Assembly: GCA_964016885.1 (NCBI GenBank)
Contig: OZ024742.1
Span: 50,778,001-50,842,000 of the forward strand
Direction of reading: 5' to 3'
Length of the DNA: 64,000 nucleotides
Source of the DNA: Eledone cirrhosa
Taxonomy: Eukaryota
The notes under the pieces were generated by a model. That model was not told the DNA's origin. It ran no database searches and saw only the letters and a list, made by a program, of their open reading frames with translations. Below are positions 22,709 to 36,269 of this stretch, piece after piece. Numbering within the stretch: position 1 is the first letter of the stretch; every line of letters starts with the position of its first letter. A program made the position numbers and the translations under genes.

Positions 22709-25121
22709 ATGACCTCACTCAGAATAGGCAGCATAAATGCGCGGGGCTTGGGGTCGTCATGGAAGCAGGGTTACCTGCTCAACGACCTCAGGTCACTAAA
22801 CATAGATGTAGTGGCCATCAGCGAGACCAGAATCTCCGAAGCACGGGCGTTCGCACCGATCTTCTGCGGCTACGATGTGTACGCATCTCCCAGCCGTCCG
22901 GGATCTGGGAAAGGAGTTGCTGTGCTTTTTCGGAGAGGTTTGGATCTTGCCATACGGGCCATCTCCCGGATCCAGAAGGTAAGTTGGTGGTGCTGGACGT
23001 GACCAGGGGAGACGGTCAAGCTTTCAGGTTAGTGGCCGTCTATGCCCCGACAGGAGCAGGGCGACCTGATTTCTTCCGGCGTCTGGAGACCTTTCTTGGA
23101 ACGTCCTGCTCTTTAGTGTTAGTGGGCGACTGGAACGGGATCTTAGATGCACGCTGGGACTGTGTGGGATTAGTGGATAGGGGAGGAGGGTGGAAGAGTC
23201 TCACTAACCGGCTCAGGCGTTTTGAACTGTCTGACAGGTACCGATTGGATTTCCCGAATGTGCCAATGTGGACTTGAAACAAATCGCATAGGGTCATCCA
23301 GATCATATCTAGATAGAGTATTTTGTAGGGAAATAGATAGGTCTAGCATAGGCTGTCCACAATTCAAGATAGTCAGCTACACGGACCACAAATTCGTGAT
23401 CTGTGTGCTATGACTTAGATAGGCGTCATAGACGAGGACCGGGCTATTGGAAGCTAAGCGCGTCCTTACCAGCGCGCAAGGCCTACAGAGACCGGATTAG
23501 CGAACTAGTTAAGCGGGCGTTGACGGGGGCCATCGTCAACAACAAGTGGTGGTTTGCTCTGAAAAGAGCAATTAGAATAGAGTCCATTAGGTTTAGTAAG
23601 GCTTTATCAATAGAGAAAAATAGAGCAGAGGGAGAATTAGTTAGGAAATTAGACGAGGCGCTTTGCAAACGTACGTGCGGCAAAATTGGCCCTTGACCAA
23701 TTCTTCAATGCAAAGCACGAAGGCTGCGTTGTCCGAGCTAGGGTGCGTGTTCTCAGACACGAGGGGACGAAAGCCGTTCAATGGGCCCGAGTGGCGGAGG
23801 CGCGTCGTGGCAACAAAGCCAAGATCCGGTCTTTGGTGGACCACGACGGGCGCATGCTACTCGATCCCGGGCAAATGTGTGAAGCTTTTCAGCGACACTT
23901 CGCTCAACTGTTCGGAGGCAGCGGCGGGCCGGATCGAGGGATGGATTTTTTGTCTACCTCGACGGGCTGCCGCGGCTCTCGACCACTGAGGCGGAGTGTT
24001 GCGAAAAGCCGATAACAACCGCTGAAGTACGGGAGGCAATGACTGGCTGCACAATGGGTAAATCGCCTGGTTTGGAGGGTCTGCCCTATGAACTTTACGT
24101 ACAAATGCCAGACTTGTTCGGAGGCTTCTTGGCGGACGTCTACTGCAACTGGCAACAGAACGGGCGGATTCCCAGCTCAGTGAGCCGAGGAGGGTTGCGG
24201 CTGCTGAGAAAGGATCCGAACAAGGGGGATAACATAGATCATTTTAGGCCCATAACTCTGCTAAACACAGAGTTCAAGATTTTGGCCAAGGTGCTAGCAA
24301 CGAGGTTGGCGCTTGTCGTTGGTGGTCTGGTAGGAGAGGCGCAGACATGCGCCATTCCCGACAGATCCATCCACGACAACCTTCACCTCATGCGATACAT
24401 CGTAGAGAGGGTAGCTAGGGAACCTGGCACGGGTGGGTCTTTGATAAATTTAGATCAGTCGAAAGCTTTCGATAGGTCTACCATCGTTACCTAGCGGCAG
24501 TCCTGAGGGCTGCTGGCTTTGGGCCCGTCTTCAGAGGCTGGATCGCTGCCATGCACAGCGACATCTGCTCTGTGGTGAGAGTGAACGGTCACCTTTCCGA
24601 ACCGTTCAACATCATGCGCTCGGTCCGCCAAGGATGTCCCCTCTCGTCCCTCTTGTACGTATTGACTCTCGAGCCATTATTGCACAAACTGGAGAGGTTG
24701 AGGGCGGCCCCGCGCGATCTAGGATGCGGAAGATGCGTGTCAGCATATGCGGACGATGTCACCGTAGTGGTGTCGAACACCAAACACATCGAGGCGATCG
24801 GCACTACACTAAGAGAATACGAAGCGGTAACAGGAGCAATGATCAACCGGGAAAAGTTAGTGGGCCTGCAGCTCGGTACCTGGAGAGGCAGGTCCATGCC
24901 GTCCAGCAGCTTCGTCGGGCGCTGAACGGACGGACCGGTTAAATTGCTAGGGTTCTGGTTCGGTCCTGACCTCCAGACGGACAAAAGCTGGTGCGAGGTG
25001 ACGACAGGGTGGCTTCTCTCACCCAGAAATGGGCGGAGAAGAAGCCATCCCTGAAAGGTCGAGCGGAGTTGGCTAACGCGTACATTGCGTCCGTCATCTA
25101 CTACCGCCTGACCGTCGTACC
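22709..25121 (+). pseudogene. Tx1-like ORF2 (APE endonuclease plus RT), frameshifted
   Basis: SINARGL, ISETR, VYAP, VGDWN, YLDRVF, TDHK, GYWKLS, KSPGLEG, FRPITLLN, LDQSKAFDR, VRQGCPLS and AYADD. Confidence 0.92.
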
Positions 25122-28100
25122 TTCAGATATCCTTAAGTAGAATATATCGACATCTCTCCTCTTGTGGAACATGTTGTAGATAGTCAATAGCTTCCTAGTC
25201 TTCCTATCCATTTCATTTTGTTCAGCAACATTCCATCTCAGAATGTCCGCACTGTACATAATAATAGACACAGCTCGGGAATTTACTGCACTTATGGCAT
25301 TCATTATGGCATTCCTACTGTTCAGATGTGACTTTAATACGCTCCTTGTTCTCCGAATGTATTCAGATCTCAATTCCTTAATTTTTTGTTCTTGATGTCA
25401 TCAGCCTCCTGAACACCCAAATACTTGTATCCATCTTCAGGGTCAATTTCCTTTATCATCTCACCTGTTGGTACCTGGATTCCGTTGCTTCTGCTCAATT
25501 TACCCCTCTTCATCACAAGGACTCCACACTTACTAATACCAAATAGCATACATATATCATTGCTAAAATACGGACAGTGTCAACAAGCACATCCAACTCC
25601 TTCTCACTCTTCCCGAAGAGCTTAAGATCGGCCATGAGGAGGAGGTGATTGATGGTAAGCTCTCCCTTTCCCAAGTTGTATCCTGCTCTCAGCTTTCGCA
25701 TTATAATGGTCAGGGGCATCAACAGAGGGGACAGAGTATCTCCCTGGAAGATACCTCTCTTGATCTTCGCGCCTCCCAAGGATTCTCCAGCTGATGTGAA
25801 CTCTGTTTTCCAGGACTTCATACTTTTGCCCAACAACTGTCTGATGTTATCTGCCACCTTGAATATCTCTAGGCTTTTGGTGATCCAAGAATGAGGCACC
25901 ATGTCAAATGCCTTTTTGTAGTCTATCCATCCCATGGCAAGACCAGTTTGTCTCCTCTTGCAATTCCTCATTACCATCTTATCAATAAGAAACTGCTCCT
26001 TTGTACCACGGGACTTTTTTCGGCATTCTTTCTTTTAGTCCGGTAACAAGTTGTTTGTGTGGAGGTGATGGCAGATTTCCTCAGACATAATGCTTGTCAA
26101 CAGTTTCCACATTACGGACAGACATGTGATAGGTCTATAGTTGTTAACATCATTATGCTTGATTCGGTCTTTCATTGCCAGAACTGTGGTACATTTTATC
26201 AACCACTCTGGTACCTCACCTGACATCAAGCAGTCATTGAACATGGTTGTCAGTTTCGGGTGGAGGGATGTTATATTTTTAATCCAATACCCCTGCACAC
26301 CATCTGGGCCTTGTGATTTCCAGTGGGTTAGTTTTTTGGCCTGCCCCATAAGAGTTTCAACTGTGATACTCAAATAAGTTTGTTGGTGTGCCTGTTCACT
26401 ACTCTCCTTTTGTACTGTTTCAATCCATACTGCCTGGTCATTATGTTTAACTGCTCCCATATTCCTCTCCAGAATATCTTAGTTTGTTCCGCCTCAGGGA
26501 TCAAGTCGTTGCCTCTTTCTTTCCCTTCAAGCTGTCCAAACAGCATCTTCTGGTTGTTGTCAAACATGCGGTTCTGTCTATACTGACTGACTCTGCTCTC
26601 GTATCACCTAATTTTTGCACTCTTTGCTACAATGCGTTGCTTCAGTTCCTCTATGATAATATTTAGCTTTTTCCTCCTAGTTTTGTACTTTATTTCCAGT
26701 CTATTTTTAGTGTCTATGTTTTGTAGTGTTCCATTCAGTAGGGACTCAAGCTTTCCAATGTCATTTCTCATTTCCCTGATTTGACCATTCAGTCGTTTCT
26801 TCCACCAAGATTCTGATCTTTCTTGTTTGTTGTTTCCTCGACGTATGGGATGACTTTGTTTACCTTAGCTTTTGTTTCTTTTAACTTTTTTCTGTCTACA
26901 AATCTTAGGTTCATAGGTTTCCCACTATCATTGTTCAATTCATCTACCACTAAATTAAGGATATCAACCAAATCTTGTCCTAGCCCGTCAGCATTCATCT
27001 CCTCAATGGCCGTATCCTTGTTCCAGGTATTATATATTTCAGCATTCAGATCATTGTCTGCTTCGGATGGTTCCTCCGTTCTCTCAACCTCTTCACGTTC
27101 ATTTCCCACTGGCTCGTTTGCCTGGCATACTCCACTCTCCATTTCCAACTTAATCTCTATGCTCAGTTCCTCCAGTTCCTGTTCGCTTATCCACCCATTA
27201 GTTCTTATTACCCGAGCCTGCCCGGCCAATTTTTGTGCATCTAATTTAAATAGACCAATCTCGTTCCAGATGTTATGCATCCGTTTCTTTGTTGTTACTC
27301 TTCAGGTAACATTGCATAACAGTTCTATTCAATTCTTACGTCCAATTGATGATGGTCCCTTTCCTTTTTCTTCTTACTCTGACACCAGCAGTATTTGGTT
27401 TACAGCCAGGTCCCTGCTGCTGAGCCAGGGAGCACCTGCTGGGTGAGATTCTGTCACACGACATTCCAGTCTCCACTTCACCGTTATTCGAACTGTTTAG
27501 GTTCGACATTTAAACACTCTTTTCATCACCCCAGGTGATTTTAGTGTGGCACTATCACGATGTAGACGAACATAAATAAACAAACAAACAAATAGGTAAA
27601 AAAATCCCAAAAAAGAATAAGCATAAGTTTCTTTGTAATGTAATGTTTGAATGTCTGACTTAGTTTTTTTTCTTTTTACCTTCTCTGTCTGTCTGTTTTT
27701 CTTTTCATTTTCCTTTTCTTTACGTTTTTCGTTGTTGCTGTGCTGTTTTGATTTTGATTTTTGGTTTTTTGACCGGGTCATCAAGTCAGTCTATTTATAT
27801 CTTGTGATGCCTTCCTCTTTTAGTGGGGACACTACGATGCATGTCTTAGCAGGAGGTAGTGGGAGGGAATAGCGGCGGTAGCGATAATTTTTTCTACTTT
27901 AGGCACAAGGCCAGCAATTACCCAGTGCATTACTGGTACTTTATTTTATCGACCCCGTAAGGATGAAAGGCAAAGTCAACCTCGGCGGGATTTGAACTCA
28001 GATCGTAAAGGGACGTAACTATGCTGGAAAGCATGACGTCCGACCCTCTACCGATACTGCCAAGCCACCGGCGGTAGCGATAATGATGCAGTGGTGGTGG

Positions 28101-28185
28101 TGGTGGTACTGTGCTAGTACTACTTAGCAAGAGGTAGTGGGAGAGAATAGCGGCGGTATCGATAATGAGGCAGTGGTGGTGGTGG
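25122..28185 (-). mobile_element. R4/Dong-like copy C, older, 3'-truncated with internal deletions
   Basis: ORF fragments 25101-25373, 25513-25977, 26035-26460 and 26789-27280 match the copy B protein. 5' UTR homology is clear to ~27820 and weak to ~28185. Confidence 0.9.
27889..28068 (-). mobile_element. tRNA-derived SINE with 16-bp TSD
   Basis: cggcggtagcgataat at 27873-27888 and 28069-28084. Confidence 0.92.
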
Positions 28186-28258
28186 TTATTATTTTACATC
28201 GAGCTATATTCATACTTGTACCTGGGTAATATTTAATATATATTTATATATAGCTATA

Positions 28259-28298
<40 letters not shown>

Positions 28299-28485
28299 CA
28301 TATATATATATATATATAGTATATATATAGTTGTAATATATATATAGTTTTAATATAGATGAGATTCTACAGGACTAGAACTGTTTTATTCTTTAGAAAT
28401 CATCAGCCATATTAAAACTGTTATACTCTGCAATGTACTGAGTACCTTACTTACTGTGGTTACCTCCGACCCATCCCGGAATAAC

Positions 28486-28520
<35 letters not shown>

Positions 28521-29575
28521 GGGGGTTGTATTTAAATACATTCTAGTATTCCATCCTTTTTGAAAATGTGTTCTTTATGATAGTTTGATATGTGGTCATG
28601 TAGCATGGATTGGATCTAAGCGAGTGACTTTGTACTTGCAGATTCGTGTACACTGCTTCTTTTGATTGATTAAGACATGGAAGTTTTTTTTTATTGAAAG
28701 GATGACGGAATTGTGCTTGACGGACATACGCAGAAGGATATAGTGTCGTTAAAATGCATGCTTTTCTTAACATTAACAATTGAATATGTTTAGAGATATC
28801 GGGAAAACAAATAGATTACTGTTAGAGCCGTAAATTTGGTGATATGTTAAAATATTTTCAAATTAATTTTAATATTATATTTCACACCTGTTTGCAATTA
28901 TGGCTAGCTTAGCAAAAATATGTAATGGCATTGAAACATAAATTGAAAAATAAATTAAATTGATTAAATATTCGCATAGCAAAACATTAACATTAAAATA
29001 TTCATTCAATATTCTCTATGCAAGTAATTCTTTTTTACAATTTATTGAATACTTTTCGGAATGACCTTAAACATTCAGTCAAGATATGTTCTGTATCTAG
29101 AAATTTATTTCCTGAAATTTTCCATGTAGTACTGGACAATAAGACAATCAAGACTGTTATTGGTATAAATATATTGAGCTAAACATATTTCATCTTTTGT
29201 TCTATTTTCTTCTAAATATGTAGTTTCTCACATCCCTTTGCATGGCAATATCGAAATAAATATTATTAAATAATGCAGTCATGAATTATATCCGCTAAAG
29301 AAATGATACTCCCACCGACTTCATGTGGTACGAAATTACATATACACATATTTTATCTTAGGTGTTTCCAGAATATATATACATAAAAAAACGAACCGCA
29401 TCATCAAGATGCACAACGTTTATCTCGCAATGTTCTATCTAGTATAATGATTAATAATATTTGCTAGTTTAAAAAGCTTCAACAATATATATATAAACAT
29501 CATCATATCTCTAATGACACATTGACGAAATAATACATATGTTGAATCAGATTATACATATCAACACAAAGTGAA

Positions 29576-29905
29576 GGCGCACGGAGTAGTACTTAGAACG
29601 TTGGGCTTGCAATCGTGAAGTTGTAAGTTCAATTCCCGGTGCGGCTGAGGAGGTGTATCCCTGAGCAACACACTTTATTTCACATTGCTCCAGTTTACGC
29701 AGCTCTAGAAATGAATTGTTATGTCACTAGTGGCAAACTGTATCAGATATAGCACTTCCCTTGGACATTATCAGTAGCATGGAGTGTGGTGATCAGTATG
29801 CGTGGGTCACTACTGGTCTTCCACAATCAACATTTCCCGGACTTGTACTTCGGTGAACGCTCTATGTACAGATCCCATGGTCATTTGTGACCGAGGCGGG
29901 GTTCT
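29576..29905 (+). mobile_element. Second tRNA-derived SINE family, diverged
   Basis: ggcgcacggagtagt head and agttcaattcc B box, followed by tccctgagcaacacactttatttcac; the body differs from the main SINE. Confidence 0.65.
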
Positions 29906-30139
29906 TTTCCACTGAGATAACTGAAATAAAATACACGCGATGGTGCAATGCATAGATGTAGCAGTGCAATCTTTAATGTGTGGTGTGAGTTGATTTTTTT
30001 TATTTTGAAGCAGTATGTATTCTCTATAATAACGGTCGCTTTACATCAGAGGGATTTTAATCAGAGTAAGAAGAAGGGTTTTGGCCCAGCTACAGGCAGC
30101 CTGGTGACACATGAGCAAACTTGTAACATTTGGAGATTT

Positions 30140-30175
<36 letters not shown>

Positions 30176-30450
30176 CATTTGAGGATGTTCTCTCAATGTT
30201 AATGTAAATTGATTCGGCCTAAGATATTAGCAATAAGATAAGTATGATATGAATTTACATATCTATGCAAACATAAAATGAACCAGTAGCATTTCAAAAA
30301 CTGAAACACCACACATCTCAAAGTGTCTGAAAGATCAGATCACGCGGTTATTATCCAACCACTCAGAATTGTTCGAAATACGTATAAACGAATCATGTAA
30401 TAAATAGTCGTTGTAATCATAAAACTGTCTCTTTTATTTATAAAAATATA

Positions 30451-30668
30451 GGCTGGTGGATAGACAGTATCGGTAAAGTGTCGACACTATGCTTTGCAGT
30501 ATAATTTCACTCCTTTATGTTCTCAGTTCAAATCCCGCCGTGGTTAGCTTTGCCTTTCATCGTTACGGGGTCGATAAAATAAAGCACCAGTAAGGCACAG
30601 GGGTAGATTTAATCGAATTTCCTCTCCCCCCAAATTGCTGGCCTTGTACCTATAATAGAAATCATTTA
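30451..30668 (+). mobile_element. tRNA-derived SINE, long variant
   Basis: Head, cagttcaaatcc, core, extra gatttaatcgaatttcctctccccccaa block and ggccttgtacctataatagaaatcatt tail. Confidence 0.85.
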
Positions 30669-31809
30669 TAATATATATATATGCCAAAAACGGAAACAAG
30701 AATGCGAATGACACAGTACAATGAAGAAATATATTAGGTTTACGATTGCTATGGGTGGCAAAGAGTCTTTACACCTCGGACACTAGTCCTTCACCAGAAG
30801 GTGGAATGAAAAATAAAACATGAAATAAAAATTTAGTGAGAATTGGAAAGAACGCAATACAATTACATATACCATATACATATATATATAATGTTAGGGT
30901 ATTATAAGAGATAATCTACCATACTTCAAATTTGTTGTGAATAAAAAACAATGTAATCAATTTCCGTTGTGTTAGAGATATCTCGCTATATTTACAATTT
31001 ATATTATTAGATATACCGCTTCTCAAATGATGAAAATATCGCATTTGGTAAGAAAACATATTTACAAAATATTTCATTCAAAATATTAAAGTAAAACAAA
31101 ATGTTCATGAATTATGATTGGAACGCAGCGAACAAAGTTTAGAAATAGAATAGATATAGATGCTTTCGTCGAAATATTTTTGACTTTAATATAGTCGAAA
31201 TATGAGGCGCATAAAACCCTACTGAGGGGAAAGCGACGGGAATCAGCATGTGCTGATACCAATTTCTTCTCTTTTAGTGGGTTTATACGCCCCATTAATA
31301 GATTATATTATAATACAAATATTTCGGCGAAAGCTTCTATCTATATTTAAATAATATTCAGACGCATTTATAGCATTATTTCGACGTTTGTGTATTTCAA
31401 ATGTTGTATGCATCGATCACAACTTTTATTGCACATTATCCATGTATTCTTTTACAGGATTCCGTCCTTAGACTGAACTTTTCTTGTGAAAGTCGCTCCA
31501 TTTTTGCCGATTATATTGAAACCCACATATATATATGTTTTTCTAAATTTACTATAATGTTATCGATCGTTTGTCACTCAAACACTTATGTTACTCAAAA
31601 ATAAATCAAATACAGACAAAGATCTATAGAGATATTCACTCGTACTAGCTGTTATTTCTACCTTGTCGAAACGGTCGTTATGTCTCCTATCACTACGTTT
31701 CTTCGTGGCGTACATATTGGTGTGTGGACATCTCTAACCGAAGCTCGAAATGATTGCTTCTTTCCTGATTTATACAATACAAATGCTATCGTTTATTGTA
31801 CGAACTGAA

Positions 31810-31923
31810 ATCGACTAAATTTAGGGAAACATATGTCAAACAAAAGCATAGATGTAAAACAATATATCGACTAAATTTAGGGAAACATATGTCAAACAAA
31901 AGCATAGATGTAAAACAATATAT
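31810..31923. repeat. Perfect 56-bp tandem duplication
   Basis: atcgactaaatttagggaaacatatgtcaaacaaaagcatagatgtaaaacaatat occurs at 31810 and 31866. Confidence 0.95.
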
Positions 31924-33593
31924 AAATGAATATCAGTTTTTCGTGTCGAAAGACCTATTTGAGCTCCATTACAGGTTTAAAAAAGGATAGCAGAGATTTC
32001 ATACTATGCTGTTGTATATCTAACTATATTCCCCTCTGTAATAACAGATGTGTTAACTTATTTCGGAAATGGAATTTTAATACGCTCAAAATAAAATAAT
32101 ATTTGATCGCCATTCCTCGAATAAATTTTCAGTAAAATATATATCCCATAAAACACAAATATATATACGCACTCTTTGGCATTTGCGTGTGTAATTTATT
32201 ATTTCTCTTTATGTCATTTTATTCTATAGAACTGTTGATTCTTTCAGTTTGATTATTTACTATAGAATGAACAGCTTAGCATACGTTATTGAATAGAAAT
32301 TGAAATATATCTTAAATCTAGTCTAGCGTATTGTAAAGGAAGTTAAAATACAAATATGAATGACGTTTTCAGTTATATTTCTTCCGATGCCATTTCCTTT
32401 AATTTTCTTTCTTTTTCTTCATCTGTTTCCATCATCACCAGTCAATATAAATATAGAGACTGCACTACCGTCATGTTAGGTATATTATATTTGAACTGTT
32501 ATCTAACTGTAGGTGTATGTGTTACAAAAGATCTAGGAACTATTCTCTACAGTTCGCCAATTGTGTTTAAAACACGATGATTCACTACGAATTTATCGAT
32601 CATATTATTCAGCTTTCTTTCCGTTCATGACCTTCTTACATACAAATTACAGTGTATGGACATACACACGCACACACACGCACACACACACACATACACC
32701 CACACATACACACACACATATATATATATATATAGTGCGTGTGGGAATGGGGGGAGGGTGTCTGCATAAGCATACATGTATATGAGTTAGCCTATATATA
32801 TATACTTATATGAATAAGTACAGTCAGTATGAAGCCTTGTGAGATTTGCAATAAAAGACTGATAAATCATAGAAAGCCGGTACAATGCGTTAGAACAACG
32901 CAAAGGGCAAATAATGTCAAATATACCAAATCAAGATAATATTTAACCCAGTATATTTACAAATGATATGTTAAGGCTGTTCCCAGCCATTTGAAGCTTA
33001 TATGAATATATTTTTATTCAAAAATACTGACACACAATACATATATTTGAAAATTTAATATTATCTTAAAGTAAATAAATATACAATGTGTAAGACGTTC
33101 CTTGAAATATTAAATTTGAGAAGAAAAAACAAAACCTCCTTCTATATATATTTCATTGAGATTACATATTTCACAATAACCACCACTCCATAAACATTCG
33201 AACAATGATATTAAGCATTAATTGCGTAAGATCTTCAGATTTGTCTCGAATAACAACAACTAGCTACAATTTCTCTCCATATGTTAAAAGTAAATAAAGT
33301 TTCATTAAATATTTTCCTTTTTTTCCTTTTTAAATGAATAAAAACAAAGTTCATGCCACCAAAGCTTATCACTACGTTAAACTTATATCTATATTATATC
33401 TGTATTTTTGACCAAATTAATTAACTGTGGAGATATAAAAGATACGGAAGCGAAAACCAACCAAACAGAGAGTGTGTTCTGTTTTTATTTCTGGCAATAT
33501 TATTACACAATATGAACCTCCCCAAGTATAACAATATTTGTTTCGTCACACAATTTCATATCAAAAACCTAGCAAAACAAATTAATCGCCGTC

Positions 33594-33785
<192 letters not shown>

Positions 33786-34433
33786 ATGCATACGCATATA
33801 TCTATATCTTTATATATATATATATTATATTATATTATATATACATACAATTCTGTGAATTCATATTTTAAGATACATGATTTTTCAGTGCATATTATTA
33901 CGTGCATATAATTAATTCAAATATGCACGTAAAAATATGCTCACAAAGAATTCCGCTGTTATGTATTTTGTATATATTTGTATTTTTCCGTGTATATTAC
34001 AGGCATTATAAATCGCTTTACAAAGAAATATATACCACTTTGTGTTCCTACATTGCAAAAGCTGTTTGCGATATATTAAGAAATATTTATATTAAGTTCC
34101 CATGCTAATAGAACATTATGAATGTATAGACTCCATTATAGATACACGGAAAGAGGTGAATACAGTAATTTCATATTTGTTGTTTTCTGTGCTACCATGA
34201 GAAATCTTTCTAAAATAATATTTCTTTATAAGGATATAAAAACAAGAAATTTAACACTCGTGGCAATTTGATAATCTAAAAGTTGTGTAGTCAATATTCT
34301 TCCTTCACTGGAGAATATACACGAGAGTTCTACACTCGAGTAAATTAAAATATTTACATAACATTAACAAACATTGTATATCGGCATGTATTTAGTGCGT
34401 ATACTTTACGAGTATAGTAAAATATATAATAAT

Positions 34434-34620
34434 TGTTTCTACTTTTGGCACAAGGCCAGCGATTTTTTCAGTGTATTACTGGTACTTTATTTTATCGACC
34501 CCGTAAGGATGAAAGGCAAAGTTAACCTCGGCGGGATTTGAACTCAGACCATGAAGGGCCGTAACTCTATGCTGCAAGGCATGGTGTATGAGTCTATACC
34601 GATACTGCCAATCCACCGCC
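34434..34620 (-). mobile_element. tRNA-derived SINE, full length, 19-bp TSD
   Basis: tagtaaaatatataataat at 34415-34433 and 34621-34639. Confidence 0.93.
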
Positions 34621-36269
34621 TAGTAAAATATATAATAATATGTCACGGATGTATCAAATGCTCGTGCATCGTAAACCTCAAAATATATTTTTCCAAACTT
34701 CCGGAGTATATTCCAAAACTACAAGGAGAATATTCCGAACAATTTTTTAGAGCACCGCTATGAAAATAAGTCGTCATATTAATGTCTCAAACCATGTTAC
34801 TATGAGAGGACAACATGTGAATATTGCTGCTTTGAGATGGCAGTTGTGTAACTTTTATTATATTACAGCACGCTGATCTGAAAACCTATGTTAGCTAACT
34901 GCGTAAGCAAAACGAAAGAAAATTGACACTTCTTTACTTGGTTCCATTCTATGTATATGTCACGGAAACACGGTACCTTATAAATGAAAACACGACAGTA
35001 TACGCGTAAAAATTCTGGGATGAAATTTAAATAGAACTACTAAAAGACGATTGCAACAAAGAATCACATATAACGAACATACAATTATTGAAGATTTACA
35101 ACATGAATATAGTACCAGCATATACAAATCAAATAAATTATAGACCAAAACACAAAAACCTCAAACTTAAACGATGTACAGAATGCTGAAAAACAAAATA
35201 TGATGCAGAATAACGCAACCCAATATACAAATAAAAGGCAACACGATGAAGAAGATGGAGATAAATGAAGCCCGATTGACGAAATTCACGATCACTATTC
35301 AAAAACAAAGGAAATAATCCAAGAACACTAAACAATATACAATCACCCTATGGACTAAAGAATACACCCCCGAAAAATAAAGATCAGTGGTGAAATAACA
35401 TCAATTTCTAAAATCTGTTAACCTGGATACATTATTATCACAATGGTCAATAACATAATACATGCAGCACTCACGGTTGTAATAACGAATCTGGATAAAC
35501 CCATAGATCTTCACGGACCAGAAAAAAACCGACAAAAAAATGGAAATCCAAGATACAAAATTAATAAAACCAAAGGAAAAGACCACTCATTTCTGAATGA
35601 TTTAGGGAAATAACACAAAGAAAATGGAGGTAAAATATATTAGTGAAAAATAGCATAACAGAAGGAGTTACCAGAGAAACTAAATAAACCTAACATAACA
35701 AATACTAGCAAAGTTACAAAGAATCCAGATGTATGGATAACATCAACATGTATAGAAACACGAGAAAAGGTATCGGAGACTAACAAAGCAACCGTATTCT
35801 GGGCTATGCCAAATCATACAAACAACGAGAACAACACAAACCCGTCAGATATTATTATCAAAGAAAGAACATATCTCTCAAGAGACAATATATTCAGTAA
35901 AAAAAATTGAGCAAATATCCAAATAAACTGATGCAGAAATAGAAATAATCCGAATATGGATGATGAAAACAAAAACAATGTCTGCGGTTGGAATGAAAAA
36001 AAGAACAAAATACAACGACAGCTACATAACCAAAACCCCAGCATTTACAAATATATAAAGCATACAGAACATAGCGCAAATAGGACCTGCACACACAGGG
36101 CAAATATTCTCAATACTTTAGAAAGACCAACACCATAAACAACACTGCACACATCCATGTCACTAAAAAATACATTGAGGAAAGCAAAGGGCCAAACAAT
36201 GTGAGTTTCTGCGTGTAAAAATGAGTATAAAACAAATGTGTATGTCATAAAAAAAAAGAAACAAAAGAA

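Larger units (their letters stand above)
20521..25121 (+). mobile_element. Tx1/L1-like APE non-LTR retrotransposon, 5' end present, 3'-truncated
   Basis: Two-ORF layout: ORF1 with a CCHC knuckle, ORF2 with APE endonuclease and RT. It stops abruptly after ...YIASVIYYRLTVVP. Confidence 0.9.

Noticed and set aside
35000-36250. A-rich strand-biased tract, possibly an ancient L1-like relic
   Set aside because: No diagnostic motif recovered.
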